From positions 2,790,001 to 2,822,000 of the forward strand of contig JAIZWK010000001.1 in the NCBI GenBank assembly GCA_021498095.1: a DNA stretch of 32,000 bases, in the 5' to 3' direction. Source of the stretch: Candidatus Harpocratesius repetitus (GTDB lineage Archaea > Asgardarchaeota > Lokiarchaeia > Sigyniarchaeales > Promethearchaeaceae). This document shows, piece by piece, positions 27,865-32,000 of this stretch (positions within the stretch are counted from its first letter, which is position 1; the number at the start of each line of letters is the position of its first letter). Position numbers and translations under genes: made by a program. The notes beneath the pieces were generated by a model. The model was not told where the DNA came from. It ran no database searches and saw nothing but the letters and a program-made list of their open reading frames with translations.

Positions 27865-28653
27865 ATGGAAAATCTTCACAACATTCAATATAAGCACTAC
27901 ATTTCACTTATTTTATTAAGTTATCTCAGTTTTTTTCTTTATTTTGCTGAGATCTTGATAAATTTAATGGATTTTTCAAAATATATCGATATTTCATTTG
28001 TTTTTCATTCAATTATTGTGATTTTGGCCGTTATAGGAATTTTCATAAGTATTAAGGAATTACTACATCCAAATCTAAGTAGATCGAAATTTTTCTCGAT
28101 AACCAGTTGGATTTTTATTTTTTATATAATTAGCTACTTAATTTTTCAGTATTTTGTTTTTTTTGATAATTTTAGAATAGAATGGGCATCAATTTTTGTG
28201 CTTTACCCTTTTATTTATGAAATGGCAGGTTTTGAAATGTATTTTCATATTAAAAATGAAAATAACCAAAAAATTCGGACTTTTTTTAATTTTGCAGCAA
28301 TAATTTCAAATATTTCAGTTATTATTGTAGGGTTACTTCTTTGGCGTGCTTATACCTTCAGTACAATCCAGCATGTTTATGGGTATCTCTTAACATTTGC
28401 ACTTTCTATAGTCTTGTTTGAAGTTCTTTTTCAAATTTTCTTTAAACGTGCGACTTTTTCAATCGCGAGTTATACTGCTCTCCATATTCTATTTTTCACT
28501 TTAATTATAATTGTAGCATTTTTGTTTACTGCTCAAATTTCCTTTTCTAACAAGATTCCCTTCTTTTATTTAATAATAACTACAGGATTCGCATTACGAT
28601 TTAAAATCTCTGTTCCGATCTACAGTGCTAAAAGTATGAGTTACTCCATCTAA
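27865..28653 (+). CDS. Hypothetical multi-pass membrane protein
   Basis: 262 aa with about 7-8 hydrophobic segments; co-oriented 54 bp after the 7TM-longin gene. Confidence 0.65.
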   Translation: MENLHNIQYKHYISLILLSYLSFFLYFAEILINLMDFSKYIDISFVFHSIIVILAVIGIFISIKELLHPNLSRSKFFSITSWIFIFYIISYLIFQYFVFFDNFRIEWASIFVLYPFIYEMAGFEMYFHIKNENNQKIRTFFNFAAIISNISVIIVGLLLWRAYTFSTIQHVYGYLLTFALSIVLFEVLFQIFFKRATFSIASYTALHILFFTLIIIVAFLFTAQISFSNKIPFFYLIITTGFALRFKISVPIYSAKSMSYSI

Positions 28654-28874
28654 TTATTTAGAATTTTTCTAAATTTCAGTTTTCTTATCGTTATTCTCTC
28701 CAATACATTAAAATTATTCCCTAAAAAAACCAAAAATTCAAAATTTTTAAAAAGATAAGCACGAACTTGCATAATGGGAATTCGATCCCGTAAAGGAAAG
28801 CCTTTTTTTTCGACTCAACTTAATACACTCAAGAATTGCTAGCGTGGAGTATGTAATTAAAAAAGTTGATTTTT

Positions 28875-29486
28875 ATGACACTATCAAAATTTAATTGTTT
28901 TACAATTGGTGTGGGAGGTCAAGGGGTTATTCGTGCAACTCATATTTTAGCGGATGCTGCAATGGCCGAACAATATCCAGTTAGAACTGCAGAAACCCAT
29001 GGAATGGCACAGCGAGGAGGGTCTGTTTCAGGATACCTTCGTTTTGGTAAAGATGTTCACGGACCTTTAATTCCAAAATATGGTGCTCATGTGGTAATTG
29101 CGTTAGAACCAAGTGAAGCTCTTCGATCGGTTCAATATGCGAACAAAGAAACATATTATTTCATCAATTCCAGTCCAATATTACCACTTTCAATCTATCA
29201 AAACCGAAAAATTTCGTATCCAAATTTGGAAATTATCGAGAAGGAATTGTCAAAAATAACTCCCCATGTACATATTATTGATGCATTGGGGTTGGCCGAA
29301 CAAGCAGGAACAAGTAAATCCCTAAATGTTGTGATGCTTGGATTTGCTGTAGGTTCTGGAATCATTCCCTTAAAAAGCAAGACTATTGAAAAATCAATTG
29401 AAAAATTCGTTCCAAAAAAAGCTTTACAGATAAATAAAACGGCATTTCAATTAGGATTTGATGAAGGAGGAAAAATTCATGAGTGA
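28875..29486 (+). CDS. iorB: Indolepyruvate:ferredoxin oxidoreductase subunit beta
   Basis: GVGGQGVI, AETHGMAQRGGSV, ALEPSEALR, NVVMLG. ATG 28875; the track starts at TTG 28866. Confidence 0.93.
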   Translation: MTLSKFNCFTIGVGGQGVIRATHILADAAMAEQYPVRTAETHGMAQRGGSVSGYLRFGKDVHGPLIPKYGAHVVIALEPSEALRSVQYANKETYYFINSSPILPLSIYQNRKISYPNLEIIEKELSKITPHVHIIDALGLAEQAGTSKSLNVVMLGFAVGSGIIPLKSKTIEKSIEKFVPKKALQINKTAFQLGFDEGGKIHE

Positions 29487-31389
29487 AAAACCAATACCTA
29501 AAATTGCACAGGACGATCCTGGCTATAAAATGATAATGTTGGGCAATGAAGCAATCGCACGAGGAATTCTTGAGGGAAATGCCATTGTTGCAGCGGCATA
29601 CCCTGGAACACCATCTTCTGAAATAATGCCTGCTGTTGCTCAATGTGCTAAATATCATCCCGAAATGAAGGTAGAATGGAGTGTTAATGAAAAAGTTGCC
29701 TTTGAAGTTGCATATGCGGGATCAATGTGCAATGTACGGGCTGTAGCTGCTATGAAACATGTAGGAGTCAATGTTGCATCCGATGCCTTTATGACTGCAG
29801 TATATCATGGTGTTCGTGGTGGAATGGTATTAATCTCAGCAGATGATCCAAGTCAATTTTCCAGTCAGAACGAACAAGATAACCGATACTATGGACTTCA
29901 TGCTTTAGCGCCTGTATTTGAACCATCTACACCACAAGAAGCAAAAGATATGATGAAATTTGCCTTTGAATACTCTGAAAAATATAACATCGTTGTAGTT
30001 TTCCGCACTACAACCCGATTAAATCATGGTAGAGCGGATGTAGTTTTTGGAACTATCGATAAAAAAGAGCAAACAGCTGAATTTGATTGGGATCGAAATC
30101 GATGGGTTTGTGTTCCTTCAAATACACGCCCACAAAGAGCTGATCTGCTTCATCGTATGGCTCGAATGACAAATGATGCAGATGAATTCCCTTTCAATAA
30201 ACTAGTTTTATCAGATAGAACAGTTAATGGAAAGAAAATTGGATTTGTAGCTGCAGGAATTGCCTATTCACATTTACAAGATGCATTAGTTGAATTACAA
30301 TTAGAAAACTCAGTTTCAATATTGAAATTAGGTTTGGTAAATCCTCTACCACCCAAATCTTTGGAAAAATTACTAAAACATGTCGATGTTCTATTCGTTG
30401 TGGAAGAATTAGAGCCTATTTTTGAAGAACAATGCAAAGCGCGCGCTTTTGAATTTGGATTGAGTAATTCAGTTGAAATTCATGGAAAAGATTTATTACC
30501 ACAACAAGGGGAATTGCATCCAGAAACAATTACAGCTGCAATCGCAAAACTCTGTGGAATTGATTATTCTACTTCAGAAGTTCCAGCATTAGAAATTTCA
30601 GCACCACCAAGATTGCCCCAAATGTGTCCAGCTTGTTCCCATAGAAATATTTATTGGGTAATGAAAAAGGTAGCCAAGAAATTAAAAAAGAAATTCGCAA
30701 ATAATAATGATATTGGCTGTTATTCACTCGGTGTTTACAAACCTTTGGAAATGGCTGATACAGCATTATGTATGGGTGGAAGTATTGGTATGGCAAATGG
30801 AATGGCTAAGGTACTTCCTGATGATGTTATTGTTACTGCATTTTTAGGCGATTCCACCTTTTATCATTCAGGTGTGGCACCTCTACTTAATGCAGTATAT
30901 AACCAAAATGATATATTAGTTATTATTAGTGATAACAGTTTTACAAGCATGACAGGGGGGCAGAATAATCCATCAAATGGAATACTATTAACTGAAGAAG
31001 TTGGAACACAAATTCCTATTGAAGAAGTAGTAAAGGGATGTGGTGTTCCAGCTGATAAGATATGGATCCATGAAGCATATGATATGGATGGATTAATGGA
31101 AAAATTTGAAGAAGCAGCAAAAGCAAGTGGAGTTAGAGTTTTCATCAATCGTCACATGTGTGCTTTACAAGAGTTAAGGGTATTCAAAAAACAAAAAGTA
31201 GTTCTTCCAGTTATAAAAGTTGATCCTGAAAAATGTAATGGATGTCAAGTTTGTGTTCGGCAATTTGGTTGTCCTGCAATAAATTTCAATTTTGAAACCA
31301 AAAAAGCCTATATTGATCAGTCTCAATGCAGATCATGTAAGACTTGCATTTATATCTGCCCTCAACAAGCATTTTATGTAGAAAAATAA
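29479..31389 (+). CDS. iorA: Indolepyruvate:ferredoxin oxidoreductase subunit alpha
   Basis: GNEAIARG, AYPGTPSSEI, NEKVAFE, MKHVGVNVASD, CPACSHR, DIGCY, GDSTFYHSG (TPP binding), C-terminal 2x[4Fe-4S]. GAAGGAGG precedes ATG 29479, which overlaps the iorB stop. Confidence 0.95.
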   Translation: MSEKPIPKIAQDDPGYKMIMLGNEAIARGILEGNAIVAAAYPGTPSSEIMPAVAQCAKYHPEMKVEWSVNEKVAFEVAYAGSMCNVRAVAAMKHVGVNVASDAFMTAVYHGVRGGMVLISADDPSQFSSQNEQDNRYYGLHALAPVFEPSTPQEAKDMMKFAFEYSEKYNIVVVFRTTTRLNHGRADVVFGTIDKKEQTAEFDWDRNRWVCVPSNTRPQRADLLHRMARMTNDADEFPFNKLVLSDRTVNGKKIGFVAAGIAYSHLQDALVELQLENSVSILKLGLVNPLPPKSLEKLLKHVDVLFVVEELEPIFEEQCKARAFEFGLSNSVEIHGKDLLPQQGELHPETITAAIAKLCGIDYSTSEVPALEISAPPRLPQMCPACSHRNIYWVMKKVAKKLKKKFANNNDIGCYSLGVYKPLEMADTALCMGGSIGMANGMAKVLPDDVIVTAFLGDSTFYHSGVAPLLNAVYNQNDILVIISDNSFTSMTGGQNNPSNGILLTEEVGTQIPIEEVVKGCGVPADKIWIHEAYDMDGLMEKFEEAAKASGVRVFINRHMCALQELRVFKKQKVVLPVIKVDPEKCNGCQVCVRQFGCPAINFNFETKKAYIDQSQCRSCKTCIYICPQQAFYVEK

Positions 31390-31486
31390 TTATTCACTCA
31401 TTCTCTATCAATTAATTGTTAGAAAAATTAGAAAATGAGGAATAATTTGTTTTTTTCTTCTTTCATTATGGAATCGTGATAAAAAA

Positions 31487-32000
31487 ATGACGAATTTATT
31501 CTTTTCACCAAATTCAATAGCCATAATTGGCGCAACTGAAGATCCTAAGAAATTTGGAAACGCAGTTACTTCAAATATTGTTAAAAATCCAAAATTAACG
31601 GCGAAAATTTTCCCTATCTCTCGATCCAGCTCAACAATTCTTGGATTAACTGCTTACCGTAGCATTTTAGATGTTCCAGAGTCAGTAGATTTAGCTATTA
31701 TTCTTGTTCCTGCAAAATTTGTTCCCAGTGTAGTTGATGATTGCATTGAAAAAAAAGTCAAGCGTATTATTATAGTTACAGCTGGTTTTGGTGAAATCAG
31801 CCCTGAAGGTAAAGAAATTGAACAAAAAATGGCAGAAAAATGCCGTAATGCTGGAATTAGAGTCATTGGTCCAAATTGTGTCGGAATTCAAAATGTTGAT
31901 ATTGGTATGAATGCATCTTTTATCCAAGACCCTCTTCCTGGAAAAATTAGCATGGTCTCGCAAAGTGGGTCATTTGGTTGTGCGATCATGGATGGTCTAA
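31487..32000 (+). CDS. acdA: ADP-forming acetate/acyl-CoA synthetase alpha-type subunit, N-terminal part; runs off the window and is absent from the ORF track
   Basis: Own translation from ATG 31487: MTNLFFSPNSIAIIGATEDPKKFG...VDLAIILVPA...VTAGFGE...RVIGPNCVG...SMVSQSGSFG, open to the window end. Confidence 0.9.
   Translation, partial: MTNLFFSPNSIAIIGATEDPKKFGNAVTSNIVKNPKLTAKIFPISRSSSTILGLTAYRSILDVPESVDLAIILVPAKFVPSVVDDCIEKKVKRIIIVTAGFGEISPEGKEIEQKMAEKCRNAGIRVIGPNCVGIQNVDIGMNASFIQDPLPGKISMVSQSGSFGCAIMDGL

Noticed and set aside
28776-28790. tRNA fragment (T-arm-like CGGGATCGAATTCCC on the minus strand)
   Set aside because: No acceptor, D or anticodon arms can be folded around it.
689-31963. 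Short track ORFs overlapping larger genes (e.g. 689-907, 2346-2528, 4782-5048, 5946-6134, 11390-11623, 14246-14515, 21230-21445, 29383-29658, 31654-31866, 31691-31963) and AT-rich ORFs 13879-14067 and 21030-21284
   Set aside because: Shadow or alternate frames of well-supported genes, or low-complexity F/I/L/K-rich translations with no motifs. The real gene at the right end is the frame starting at 31487.

Overview
AT-rich chromosomal window, most likely from an Asgard archaeon of the Lokiarchaeia/Promethearchaeota type. This is inferred from three longin-like domains, a PCI-like winged-helix protein, an MglA-type small GTPase and archaeal Hef, Ior and ADP-forming acyl-CoA synthetase genes. 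About 24 protein genes are supported. They cover DNA repair (Hef-like helicase without its nuclease domain, Atl), peptide and amino-acid fermentation (proline-dehydrogenase/sarcosine-oxidase-like pair with a fused alpha subunit, 2-hydroxyacyl-CoA dehydratase activase with a 5'-truncated partner, iorB-iorA-acd), and signalling-type proteins (two membrane proteins fused to longin-like domains, a stand-alone longin-like protein, a GTPase, a vWA protein, a FIST-like protein). The most striking non-gene structure is a set of strand-asymmetric tandem repeats: 16 bp x 29, 8 bp x 24 in ordered variant blocks, 15/30 bp x 7, an in-frame 18 bp x 4, and micro-arrays. Several start at or next to stop codons, and two related arrays bracket a nitroreductase gene. 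A two-gene unit of unknown function with foreign-looking codon usage lies at about 4670-7860. No rRNA, tRNA, CRISPR array or transposase was recognised. All family assignments are by eye from motifs; no searches were run.
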